Source of the DNA: Amphiscolops sp. MND2022
Taxonomy: Eukaryota
Direction: 5' to 3'
Assembly: GCA_964187785.1 (NCBI GenBank)
Contig: OZ076409.1
Span: forward strand, 37,760,001-37,824,000
Length of the DNA stretch: 64,000 nucleotides
The translations under genes were made by a program, and so were the position numbers. Positions 50,677-63,200 of this stretch are shown piece after piece. A model generated the notes under the pieces. The model was given only the letters and a program-made list of their open reading frames with translations. It searched no databases and was not told the DNA's origin. Numbering within the stretch: the stretch's first letter is position 1; every line of letters begins with the position of its first letter.

Positions 50677-53600
50677 CTATTCATCCGACGTATCACGGAT
50701 GGCCTGCTTCGTCCGCTTGCTAGTAGACAGTGGCGCATCATCACTAGACGATTGACTACCATTATCTGAAGCCTCACCAGCTGCCACAGATAACACCAGT
50801 CTCTTAGCTGCATGCGGTTTCCCGCCGGTTCGCCGTCCTTTTCCAGACTTCACCACTACGCTATGACCTCGTCGACTGACTGCACCGCCCCTTGTTCGCC
50901 CTGTAGATTTCGAGACCCCAACTGTAGCCACGTTAGGTGTCTTCTTAGGCATCTTCAACTTCACATCAGACTGACTGCGGGGCCGTTTAGCCTTCACGTC
51001 TGTACTGGATGGCATCGCTCTAGAACACGGCGCTATACGAGTAGGGCTCGTTGCCATTACCTCCATGACATTCAACTGCGCAAGCACTATTGAACGGTAC
51101 TCATCTACCACCGGAACGACTGTAGTATCAGGACCATTGTCCAACATGGACACACACAAGGACAGCGTTTGATCCAGTCCGATTTTGAGAAGCTGATCCC
51201 ACGGCTTAGCGCGAACACTAACGGTTAACCGAGACACTTGCATGTCGGTTGACTCAATAACACGCAACAAACCACGTAGATCACGGCGCGACTTTCCCAC
51301 AAAGGATTGACTGAACCAACTCCGGACGAAATGCAAGCTTGAGCCGAGTTCATCAGGATCCAAAGCCCCACTGACGTCATCCACAAAATCCGCCCGGTAC
51401 GAACTAGTTGCCACTGCACTGAAAGCCAGATCGATGACCTGCCGCAACTGTTCACACTGCTCCCAGTGAGAATATGACACCCACAACGCGATAATGTCCT
51501 CTACCACTGGTAGTTCTTCCGTAGAAAATGCCCAACGTCTCTTAAAAAATTGGGTAATTTCTCGATACTGTTGCTGAACTACTCCGCCATCGTCTAGCCC
51601 CACAAGCCCATGAGCAGTAAATACAGCACAAGTTGCTACTAAGGAGTCGACACGGCGATCATCAGACCCACTATGAATAAGGATCGGATCAAATGGAGTC
51701 AAACTCAAATGCTGGGGCCGCGTACGCTGCCACAATCCGCTCAATCCACGGCATATACCAAACAACATTTTCTGGACACATTTGTAAAAGAAAGGCAGTT
51801 GAGTACTGATGTCGAAACATAAATACTGCCCGAAATGTAATCTGTACAAGTTAGAGTCTACGTCTGCATACTCCCGGTCCACATTTTTCAACAAGGCAGC
51901 GATCTCGTACTCCGCTGGGATACTGTGAACTGGATAGATCAACCTCATTAGCCCTCGCAAAAGGTGAGCCAGTTCTCGTTCCGAGACAATGCCATAATCG
52001 CGTCCACGTCCACGCAAACTAGGACAATGCTTCACCACTGAAACGCAACACCAATGAGTCACCCACCAAACTTTACACACGGAACCTTAGCTCCATACAC
52101 CCCCCCCCCCCCACAACCTAAGTTCAATCCATATTAAAACATACGAACATACAGCTACACGTACACCCAAATGAGTATCCAAACAACTACATATAAACCC
52201 ATACTCACTCAAATCTAGCACAAGGCGTAGAACAGCAAAACGAGGCCGAATCAATGCCTCCCCGAACACCTGACTTTCTAGAGGAGTAATTGGACGCAGT
52301 TCTGATGTCACACCCGGTCTATGAGTGCCAAAGTACAGCGCCAAATCATTCCAGTAGTCCACCACTTCTGCGCAAACGAGTGCAAGTTGAGACACGTCAT
52401 CTCCACCGAGTCGAATATACTACAAAACAAGAACACAATCTACCTTTTCACCAGAGCCAAACAACCGCAATCCTACACAAACGCCATGGCCTACACAAAA
52501 AAGTTTTTTTACTAACCCGCCGCAATAAAGGCAACCGGTCTAAGAAACCCTCTTGAGCCACAGACACCAGTCTCACACGAAAGTACTCCAAAACACTGAG
52601 GGGATCCAGACCCGCGAACTCTACAAGAAACTGTTTCTGTACCTCGTCGAACACTGACCGCTGCGTAATCAACCCTACCACGAGTGAAGTCTTAGGCGAT
52701 ACCACTGCAGCTAACGCCCGCCCAACATGTACATCGCCTTCGACCGCAATCGTCTTCAATTGAGTCCTGTCTTTAAGACACGCAAGAACTGGGATGACGT
52801 TGTTCAACATACGCTTCTCCCATCCAGTTCCACCAGAAACAAGCGCCAGGACCACTGACTTTATGCCATGGACGCCAACGATGTGGAGCTCACCACACCA
52901 CCGCCAATCACACTGACGGATGCAGACGCCGATACAAGAGCTTGCTGCAACCAGTGCGTCTAACTGCTCCACTGCATACTGGTATAGGCCATACAACACG
53001 AGACTCTAAACAGATTCAAACAACCTGATAAGCTAGCGAAATCTTAACCAAACACAACACTCATACCCGAAAAGCGTAACAATGCACCGATAACAACCAC
53101 ATGACTAGCAACTTACCTAAGTCGCCCGTACTGTTTAAAGTAACTGCAAAATTCGATTTTACCTGACACCGAGGGCAGGTCAGAGTACGGCACTCGAAAT
53201 GAAGTTCGTTTGCCATACAGTCCCTCCATGCGTCCAGCGACCGGAGCACCCCATCAAAGGACGTCACAGTCAGAAGACTCGAAACGAAATTACTCAGCCA
53301 TAAGTAATTCACACTTTCGTACTGCAAATGTGGGCGTGCGCCTTCTTCAGCCTCTGCCTCTTCAATTGCTTTTCGCTCCTCCACAGTTAACTTTAGGGCA
53401 GACTCTAGGAAGACCGGCGGTTCGGTCAGCCGGGCACGTCTAATCCGTCGATCTTCTTCTGCAGACACTTGCCTTCAAGACTTGTCCAGTAATGGCTTGT
53501 GTGTCATAATTCTGTACTTTTGCTCTAATCGGGTATGTTCTACCCCTTCCAGTGATCCCATAACGATGACAGCCCACGTCCTGCAATACTCAAGTCCGCC

Positions 53601-55057
53601 CGACAAAGCAAACATCGAGCGTATCCGTCAATCACCCGCTTGTTCCGGGGGAAACCAAAGAAGGTCCCCACGACGCCAGAAACAAAGTACGACGGCTTTG
53701 GCGTCTTGATCTTCCGAGCACGAGCTAGAACACAAACACACAATGTGTTAAGTAGTCCCACAGAAACTCAAAAAAAAACAAAAAAAAACAAAAAAAATGA
53801 AATAGTCTTGTCTCTTGCTAATCTTAGCATTATTGTTCACTAAAACCCCGACCATGATTTTTTGAGATTCTTACCAGGTTTAACAGCTGTCACTTTCCCT
53901 GCACTGGATGCTCCCGCTGCTGTCACCTCTCCAAACATGGAGGGAACCATCAATTCCGTTCGACTTATGACCGACAAGTCTTTTTGAGCATCACTTCTAC
54001 CTGGCACAACACCCACAGATGATGATGATGATATGAGGGGGACATCCTCCCCTGGTATGGCTGCTCTCCAGTCGCTAGCAGGGACTAAACGGGAAACTGC
54101 TGCAGTCAGCTGCCCGACAAACTCATCCACAGCCATTGCGCCAACTGTCCCTAGCTGACCAAGAGTGGATTCGATGGTAGCCTTTACTACGCCGGACAAC
54201 TCTTTTTCCAGTCGGGCGATCGAAGAAACGACGTCGTTCAGAGTCAACACGCCCCCCAACGCCACACCTGGAAACATTCCAACCAAGGGATAACAACGCA
54301 GATTACTACACGTCGTGTAAACGAGATCAGATCTCGAAGCCAACCCTAAGCAACTGACACGCCGTACAGAACAATAACGGTTATGCTACACCTTCGTAAC
54401 AACAATGGATCAGTTAGCGAACAGACTTACCAGTTTGGCTGTACACATAATTCCGGAGCCCAGTCTCGACGGCACTCACGGGAAACGCACCTACTGGAGG
54501 CTCATTCTGTTGGAGCATTCGACGTAGAACGGCGACGATATCGGTCAGACTCAAAGCTTCTGCAACACACATGGTACAATCTAACCTATGAGTATCATTA
54601 GCAATGTCCAGAAGTCTATCCAAGGTAATAGTTCCCGGGGAAGTTCTTTCAGTCGTGACGTTGGTAACCACACTACACAAATACCAATGCCACAAACACT
54701 CCAATTACCTTGACGAGCTTAGCCCTAATTGCACATCACCCAATAACGAACACGTTGAAAGACCGTCTTAGTAGCCAAAAGAAAAAAATAGTGATGACAA
54801 CTACGGATTTACTTACGGAATTCGCTGGACAGAGATATATCCAACAACGTAGTCGCAGCCTCTACATTGGATGAATTCACACGCTGAGCAAACTGGCAGC
54901 ATAATGATGGTGTCTCTCCTTCCAACAACGCATCAACTGAGGCTTGGAAACCCTCTTCATCAGATAACTGCTCCAGATTAGACATCTCAGCTAGCGCACT
55001 TTCTGCGGCTCTCACATTCGATGCGACTTCTTCTTCAGATAACTCAGATGATAACAT
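50677..55057 (-). CDS. Antisense seven-exon gene of element C: ~1,130-aa BED zinc finger + hAT-transposase-like protein (two lesions in exon 4)
   Basis: Exons 55057-54817, 54559-54431, 54267-53875, 53724-53163, 53005-52517, 52419-52209, 52037-50677. All introns are GT-AG and phase-compatible. One 1-nt deletion (~53542) and one TGA (~53477). Motif ARCLLC...GLSSLWDHWKGVEH. Confidence 0.82.
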
Positions 55058-55562
55058 TCAAGTAAAAGCTGGAACTAATCATGAACAACGAATGGCAAAC
55101 GAGACAACAATGGTCTATGGCTGTAGAATTCGCGATCTACCAGGCTTCAGCGTCTTTGGCGATACGAGATGTGGTCTTATCACCCACACCCTCTGTGTTC
55201 ACAAGACATCGAAATATCACAAAGAGAATTTTCAACCGAATTTACTCGAAAATAGTTCACTCGGAAAAAATTCAGGCTCAAAGAACGCTTCCGTTCGAAT
55301 ACTAAAGATCGCCGAAATCTACTCAAAACAAAAAAAAAGAAAAGGGAAAGACACCGAAAAGCAAAACTAACGAGAAGACAAAATGCCAAATTCGAAAATC
55401 TTAATACCCTGCAATTGAGTTTTCCACGCAGAGCAACCTAGATGCAGATAGTATCGCTGAACCGATTTCCTGCTAGTCAAATTACATCCACCTGGTATAC
55501 CGCTAACTGGACAATAACAACTTCAATCAACAACTGAATCAACCGTAACCAAGCTTACTTCC

Positions 55563-55790
55563 TTCTCTCGTATTTGGCACCGACGAAGATTTGTTTACAA
55601 AGCGCACGATGTTCCACTACATTCACTTCCGAACAGTTACCGAATTAGCCGAGTAATTATATCACGCTGCCACGTTTCGATTAATTTCCGGTAGATTCAT
55701 TCTTACTTAAACTCTTACTACAAACGACGCGCACGATTGGATGACGTGGCTACTTTCGCCACATCGACTCTACAATTACCCTTTACCGAG
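55563..55790 (-). promoter_or_regulatory. Candidate promoter of C's antisense gene
   Basis: Conserved with 31040-31260. ATATAA on minus at 55657-55662, about 600 bp upstream of the ATG at 55057. Confidence 0.55.
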
Positions 55791-56094
55791 GTGGTTCAAT
55801 CGACGCGCTAAGTTCATTCTCTCCCTCTCGCTTGCTGAACCGAATCGAAGTAACAATTGGTCCCAACCAATCCGAGTATTTCCAGCCATGAAAGCGACTC
55901 ATCACTGCCGATGTGGTTGCTATGTCATCACCCACAACGGACAATGCAAAAGTAGTTGAAGTCACTACACCAGTCGAATCACCTTCGCAGAAAGATTAGA
56001 CAGCTAACACTTACTACATACCTGAAGCTGCTACGTTTACCACACCTCCCCGCTACCAGATTTCTAAATACCCCTGCACACCACTTTTCCTTTT

Positions 56095-56106
56095 AAGGAG
56101 GGGGAG
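56095..56106 (+). promoter_or_regulatory. Polypurine tract of element C
   Basis: AAGGAGGGGGAG abutting the 3' LTR. Confidence 0.85.
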
Positions 56107-57038
56107 TGTCATGCCGGAAGCATGAATGAAACTGATAAAAAACATTCTAAACATTAAAAACTCAGTTAAATGTAACACTCTTGATATTTCAATAACCATG
56201 AATTACCATTGAACAATGACGGGCCTATCCCATCATAATTATTACCTTCCAAAATGAAATCGATTTGTAAAAGTTGACATCATTTACTCATTACACGCTA
56301 CGTACAAGTGCTTTCATCATATTTAACTTCATCAGTAAACTGTAGTATTATATATTGCAATGGTATTACACCACCATAGATTCAATTTGTATCAACCAAC
56401 GCAATACTAAAGTAATAGATGATTCATGTAACCATGGTAACATATCGGCGCTACCTTTTGTACTAAACGCCATTTACGTTGCTACCAGCAGGACGCACCA
56501 ATTAACACCTAATCAATAGCGCAATACTATTGGTCAATGCGGTCACGTGACCAGCTTCAGTGAAAATTGCGACAACTGTTGAAATACCTCCAGTACAAAA
56601 TTATCTTCACCTAACGTAGTGTTGCTTACCTCATTGATTTACGCAAAACTTGATATTCATATTTTCAACTTAATCATTAAACTTTTAAAACAGCAATGCT
56701 TTCGAAGATTTTGAAGATGGTCAATACTAGATCTCAAAACGTAGATAGTTACGCAGCGTGTTCCAGCGGAATGGAACAAAACAGTGACAATGAGAGCGAA
56801 TATAGTTTCCCTAACACGTTATCACGAAATCAAATGAATGAATTCGAGAATGGAGATTTGATCAACGTTAGACATAATTCCAACTTAAGTTCGGTCGATC
56901 AACGTTTCATGGAAATGAACAGACAAATCAGTGATTTAACAAGCATTGTGTTAGCCCTTACTGAGAAAATATCATCACCGACAACCGAATGTAGCGGACT
57001 CAACACCGTTACTAATACGAACGTGACCCGTTCTGACA
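56107..57038 (+). repeat. 3' LTR of element C (932 bp) with intact 107-codon gag N-terminus from 56717
   Basis: Direct repeat of the 5' LTR. ORF MVNTRSQ...VTRSD runs to the LTR end. Confidence 0.93.
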
Positions 57039-58289
57039 CCTAGAGATGTGAAAATGCTAAGGTTGTATCGACCAAAGACATTGGTCCTCGAAAAAATTAT
57101 ACATCAGTTTTGCCCAACAAATGGTCGCCGGAGGCACACATCAAGTATAGAGACGTCCCCCAAGCACGTAAAAACTTTTCCTACGGTTCCTGAGAGATCC
57201 TTCATACTTCCTGGGTCTGAAATGGTAATTCGACAAAATACATTAAACACAAAATACAACACTAGATAAATACAAAAACTTGAATATGCAAAACAGTTTT
57301 TTGTCATCTTCTCTGTGATTCTTCCTTAAACCACACTGCATCGAGGTGTCAACAAGATCTGGATTTGCGTGTTATAACATATTCTGTAAAAAACAAGCCA
57401 CTTTACGGACTCTCTAGATAAAATCGGACTCTCTAGAGTACATCGGGGTGTACTCCGCATATTGTGGTTTGGTTCGGCATGTGTTCACTTTTTGCGTTTT
57501 CCGTGTTGATTTGTGTACATGACATGTTGCGAGAACACAGAACTCACTTTTACAAAGCATCTTTTGAACGAATTCCTGTTCTCCCAGCAACTGACTGACG
57601 TTACATTTTCCCCCGGTCTTCGACATTTCTTCAACAGACAGGAGAGCATCCACGTCTTGACAGTCCTTATTTAGAGTTTGTTGTTTTTGTTTGCAAGAAG
57701 AAATCAAAAATACTTGCTGTCCAGAGGTGAGACAAGGTATTTCATTTCAAGATTTGAACCGCCAACTACGCTTCGTGTCGTTTCATTTATGGAACGAGTT
57801 CTCAAGCGCAAAACCAGTTCTCAAAGACTTCTGAAAGTTTTTGCAAACTTTAAGGAAGACTTGGTGCTGAATTTAATGCCGTTTTTTGGGCCAAAATTTC
57901 CAGTTTTGCCTAATAGTTGCTTCGGTTTGTGCATTGTTGTGTTAAAAAGAGGTTCTGGGAACAAGAGAACTATTTCCCACATTGTAAGATTCATTAATTG
58001 TGAAACTGGGGCTTTTAGCAGAAGTACTTATTGCACAATGATACAGCATCTTCTTAAGTTGCAAATAGTAACATCCCCCCTGCCATAGTGTTTAGGCTCC
58101 CAGTTTAGCTATATCTGCTATGTGAGCCTTTATACAATTCACAAAAGCACTTGAAGAATGAAAAGAATTGCCATAAGCCTATGGCGGCTTCGTGATGCTT
58201 GGAAAGCAAAAATAGCATTGCAAACAGAACCAACACAAAAAAGTACCATAACATCATTACAGTCAATCACAGTGAACTATAATAAAGAC

Positions 58290-58790
58290 ACAGCCACAAA
58301 ACGAGAAAACGTGAGACTTCGTGTGTTCTATTTCGTTGAAATGGCTCCATTTTGATTCTTCTTAACCTAATGGGGCAATCGGATCAGTTTTTGTTGCTCT
58401 GCTCTTCTCGATCTTTCCGCTTGCACTCAATTTCGACTGCTCCGCTTTTTAAAATGATATTTTTGCTTGTCTAGAGTAGTGGTGGTATCTAGCTCCTGAA
58501 AAACAACTATATATGCAGAACAAGCGTTCCAAAAGTCGATTTCCGTGGATTCGCGCATGGCGCTGGCAATCAGAACATACGGCATCAGTAAGACAACCCA
58601 TGCATTGGAAGCACTTCCATCGTTGACAAGTGAAGGTTTCACAGAGATCACAAGCTGCACCAATAGTTTGGGGGCAAAAGGTCTCAGTACCTACCATATT
58701 TTATTACATATCCCCTGTTTTCACAACGCATTCAGTTTAACCAATGCAAATACATAACTTGAGCTTGTTAATTGATTCATATGACTCCCC
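58290..58790 (-). pseudogene. Decayed NOA36/ZNF330-like cysteine-rich gene fragment
   Basis: GAACDLCETFTCQRWKC...LTDAVCSDCQRHARIHGNRL resembles the recalled NOA36 pattern GAICDFCEAWVCHGRKC...[20 protein letters not shown]. Frameshifts and stops on both sides. Confidence 0.6.
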
Positions 58791-58930
58791 GTATCAGGGG
58801 ACAAATGAGAAATAATGGCCTACTGAAGTTAAAATGTCTCCCTGGGGCACTAGAGAATCATGGGAGTAGATATTCAAAACACTCAGTTTTGACAATCAAA
58901 ATTGATTCGAGAACAGCCGAAAGAAATTTC

Positions 58931-60271
58931 AACAAGGCTGGAACGTCTAAAGTTGGCGCTATATCTAAAGCTCAAAAAGCCCTCAGGACGTTTTTAAATG
59001 AAAAAGTCTCAGTTTCCAAACACCGCTTTTATTTATAAAAGAGCCCGACTATTACAGTCACTCGTTTTTTTTTTCATTTTTCAAGACAGACTCGAAGCGA
59101 CGAACGTTAAAATTAACGTTCAACTACTAAATACAGTACTAAACGACTGGACCGGTAAAGGCAAACGGGGAGCGCATTCATTTACTTTTTAAACGTTACC
59201 TACAAGCCCGGACGGGACTAAAGGGTCCCCCCTTTCGATTTTTTTCGGCACTGTGCGACTTTTTTTCGAAATTTTTTTAATGTCCCCAAAGGGTCCCCCT
59301 TTTGAGTTTTTTGTCATTTTGCTACAAAATGCGTGTTTATAAATCAAAAAGGGTCCCCCCTTTTACATTTTTCGGCACTGTGCGACATTTTCCGAAAGAA
59401 TTTTTTTTTCGAAAATTTCAAGTTTTTTTCCAAAAAAAATGTTTTGCGCTTTTTGAGCCTTAGATATAGCGCCGACTTGAGACTAAATACAGCAAAAGGG
59501 TCCCCCTTTCTTTTTTTTTACTATTTCAACGTAACCTACAAAACCGGACGGGACTAAAGGGTCCCCCTTTTGATTTTTTCGGCACTGTGCGACTTTTTTT
59601 CGAATTTTGTTTTGTCTCCAAAGGGTCCCCCTTTGGTTTTTTACTTTTTAAACATAGTCTACAAAACCGGATGAGTGTACAGGGTCCCCCTTTTCGGTTT
59701 TTTTTCGGCACTGTGCGACTTTTTTTCGAAATTTTTTTAATGTCCCCAAAGGGTCCCCCTTTTGAGTTTTTTGTCATTTTGCTACAAAATGCGTGTTTAC
59801 AAATCAAAAAGGGTCCCCCCTTTTACATTTTTCGGCACTGTGCGACATTTTCCGAAAGAAAATTTTTTTTCGAAAATTTCAAGTTTTTTTCCAAAAAAAA
59901 TGTTTTGCGCTTTTTGAGCCTTAGATATAGCGCCGACTTGAGACTAAATACAGCAAAAGGGTCCCCCTTTCTTTTTTTTACTATTTCAACGTAACCTACA
60001 AAACCGGACGGGACTAAAGGGTCCCCCTTTTGATTTTTTCGGCACTGTGCGACTTTTTTTCGAATTTTGTTTTGTCTCCAAAGGGTCCCCCTTTGGTTTT
60101 TTACTTTTTAAACATAGTCTACAAAACCGGATGAGTGTAAAGGGTCCCCCTTTTCGGTTTTTTCGGCACTGTGCGACTTTTTCTCTAATTTTTTTTGTCT
60201 CCAAAGGGTACTCCCTTCGGTTTTATTTGAGCCTTAGAAATAGCGCCGACTTGAGACGTTCCCGTCTTGTT
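58931..60271. mobile_element. Complete AACAAG-family TIR element with internal ~460-bp tandem duplication
   Basis: AACAAGGCTGGAACGTCTAAAGTTGGCGCTATATCTAAAGCTCAAAAA and its inverse ending 60271. Near-identical units offset by 460 bp (59528 vs 59988). Confidence 0.75.
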
Positions 60272-63200
60272 CAATCCTACGGCTCCTCCTCAGCAAAACG
60301 CAAATTACTTCTGATATAACGTCAAAAAGTTGGATGTAGCGCCTTACTCCGGATATTACGTCAATCTTTCGGGAAACCTAAACATTACTTTCCGTTTCAA
60401 AAATTGTCTCATTGAGGAACAAGTTGCTAACTACGGTAATTTAATTTTGCTAACTACGTTTTAATACGGGTGCTGGAAAAGCGTGTGAGATCGCGCATCG
60501 TCTCGTGACGCCAGGTATGTTGGTGAAAACGAAGTATATTGTTATATTAGTATCTACGAAAGTGCGCCAATTCTCGAGACATTCCAACAGTTTTCCTAGT
60601 AGCACTGATGACTTTGAATCCTAAGAGCAAACTAAGAGCCGCCAATTGGCAATGATTTAGTACACATGTCAAGGAAGAAAGGCCGGGCTGAAATTATCGC
60701 ATAACTAGTGAGAGGTTATAAATCGTTCCATTTCCAAAATTCGTCTTCATGTGTAACGTCCAGCAAACGTTGCAAAATTTCGTTCAAGAAGCAGAAAGTG
60801 TGCGAGTCAATATGGCCGACCTTGCAGAGACAAAAAAAGGACACAAAAAAGACACACAGATCCCCGACAGCGAATAATAAAGTACCAGAAGGACTTTCAG
60901 AGGACCGAAAGTAGCGGCTTGTGTCGTCTCACCGAGAACAATGCCTCTGAAGACAAGAAAAAGGCATAGAACCCATCGATGGCTTATCCCAGAAACCCGA
61001 AAAACTAGATGAAGAAGCCAAATATGCATTTTCTTGTTTATTTCCTGTTTGTTATTAATGGAAATTTGCAAATAAATGATGGTGCTGGATCTTCTAGATC
61101 CACTTTATCCCTGTTATTTACATGATTCTGCAAATTAATGTACTGTAGCTGAAACCCCTGTTTTGGACCTCGGAGGTATGTAGGTACACGCAGGAACCTT
61201 AGGATACGTTTTTACGTGCTTGTGGGACGTGTCCAGACTTTGAGTGTGCCGGCACGTCGCCACGGAGCTCTAAAATGAGGAGTCTCCACGACGTCTTGGA
61301 AAAGTCCCTACTGAAACATTTTGGGACCAAAAACTGATGTTTAGGTTGTTATAAGACACTGGTCTCTTGTTAAGGCAACCTGGGCATTGTCCCGGTTCTA
61401 GAATGTTGCTGTTAGCTTGACGTTACATCTAGGATAGTTTTTATGGCGCCCCACAAGGGACCTTTTTTCCATCTTTTCGTCATAATAGGAGTTTTTCCTG
61501 CTTTCCGGCCCTGCTAGGTCCGGATCTAGGAAAACTTTTCGGAGAGTCCTAGATTGTTTTTTTATTGCTTAGTCAAGCCTGGTAGGCTTTCTATTAGCTG
61601 AATTCCTGCGTTCCCTGCGTATTTCCGAGGTCTGGAAGCTGAAATAACCGATTTTTGACAAAGTACCGTTTCGACACCGTTTCAGTTTACCGAGATTAAC
61701 CACCCGGCTTAACCGGATTGTGTTTTAAAGGGTTTTGTAGCTCTATTTCAGTCTATTTGCAATGCATTGGGACGGGGAACAAGCAGGGTGACAGTCCTTA
61801 CCCCATCAGCGGTGACGAAGTGTAGACGAACTGTACAACACCACTTCCCTCACCCAATTGATTGCACCAAATCGGCTGGGTTACTTTGTCCCCTTTGTTT
61901 TCCGTGGCTTTAGAAGCCTATTCCCAGGCGTACCCTTATTAGTAAGAACTGAGAAAAAATACCCACTGGGTATTCCGATGGTTTTCTAAAAAAAATAAAG
62001 CGAGCTAGCTACACCATCTGATATAGCTCAATTATCAACTTGGTTACTTTCAAAAGTCAAAATTTTTCAGAAGAGGGTACGGCCAGTGGGAAAACAATAA
62101 AAACGTTCCATCAATCCTGCTAGGTCAGGAACAGAAAAATTTGCTCGGCTAAAATGCTGAAACATCGAAAAATTTAGCGATTTTTGTTGAAGAAACAACA
62201 ATTTTGGCCTAGAAAACAAAAATTGGTGAGGGCGAAGCCTTGGGCGTGTGTTCCCAAGCTTTTAGATCGACCCAAAAACGTTGTACCCGAGCTTGGTAGT
62301 ACAAAACATTACTGCCAAGACGTTTTTTACCCTTCCCCAATATAAATTGATAGTTTAACCCTTTACTTTCTTTTGTTATACATAAACCTGAGTAGAGGAC
62401 CCCCTAGACCTGAGAGTTATAACATCAAAACTAATAATTGAAACAACCCCAGTCCCCTGAATAAAATTATTACACCTTGTTACGTTACGTTTAGAACTAT
62501 CCCCAATATCTGGGAACCGAGAAATAAATAGTTACTAGGGAAAATACATATTTTTCACATTGTTCCCAGAGTGAAAAAAGTGTAACTTGAAAATTTTTTG
62601 ACAGACCTTGTTTGGAACCTGCCAGGTTTTGCTTGCCTATTTTCTGTTAGTATAGAGTAAAACGTTGCTAACGCAGAAAATTGCGAGTAATTCCAACCAG
62701 TGGTTGCCGAGAAATAGCCAAAAACGTGCTGTTTTAGTGACAATATCGGGACATTGGTGTCTGCTCCCAGAGCAGGTCGAAATCTCTCCTAGTAGGAGCA
62801 ACCCAAATCGAATTGCACCATCGTGTAGACCACAAAAAGTTACGCTAGTGGTGTAGTTTTCTATGCGCTAGCATTACTAGTTATTGAGAAAACTTAGCCG
62901 CAGTTTTGCCTCAAAAGTGTACGAAATTGTTGAAAAAATTGAATTTTAGTTGAGCATAGTGCAATACCTTCGGAGTACCCCAGCACTAAAATTATTGCAA
63001 TTTCGTACATAAGGCACTCGATCCCGACGATTTGTGCATTTTGAGCAGCTTGCTTTTGTCCAACTTGGAGAAATTGACAATTTTGTGAATTTTGACCCCA
63101 AAAAGTGAACTAAAGGGTACATCACAATTTTGTCAACTCGGATTGCCGAATATTGACCTGGGCACCCCGCTATATTGTTTTTCTGTTAGGCGGGCATAGT

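Larger units (their letters stand above)
41461..57038 (+). mobile_element. Ty3/Gypsy LTR retrotransposon C (15.6 kb), carries an antisense spliced gene
   Basis: LTRs 41461-42342 and 56107-57038 (TGTCA...TGACA), PBS, PPT, gag-pol. TSD is weak (TCTTG vs CCTAG). Confidence 0.95.
57040..61432. mobile_element. Possible element bounded by long diverged inverted repeats
   Basis: 57135-57195 (GGCACAC...GACGTCCCCCAAGCACGTAAAAAC...GGTTCCTG) is the inverse of 61190-61250. Weaker similarity extends outward. Ends and TSD are not resolved. Confidence 0.4.

Noticed and set aside
54560..54704. 5' extension of exon 2 suggested by the ORF track (acceptor near 54673)
   Set aside because: Phase-incompatible with the exon-1 donor; the acceptor at 54560 is phase-correct and conserved in B.
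50677..55057. env gene as the extra 3' ORF
   Set aside because: Opposite strand, spliced, and no signal peptide, furin site or transmembrane anchor.
59526..60319. ORFs within the AACAAG repeat family (also 2492-3353)
   Set aside because: Low-complexity translations of repeat modules.
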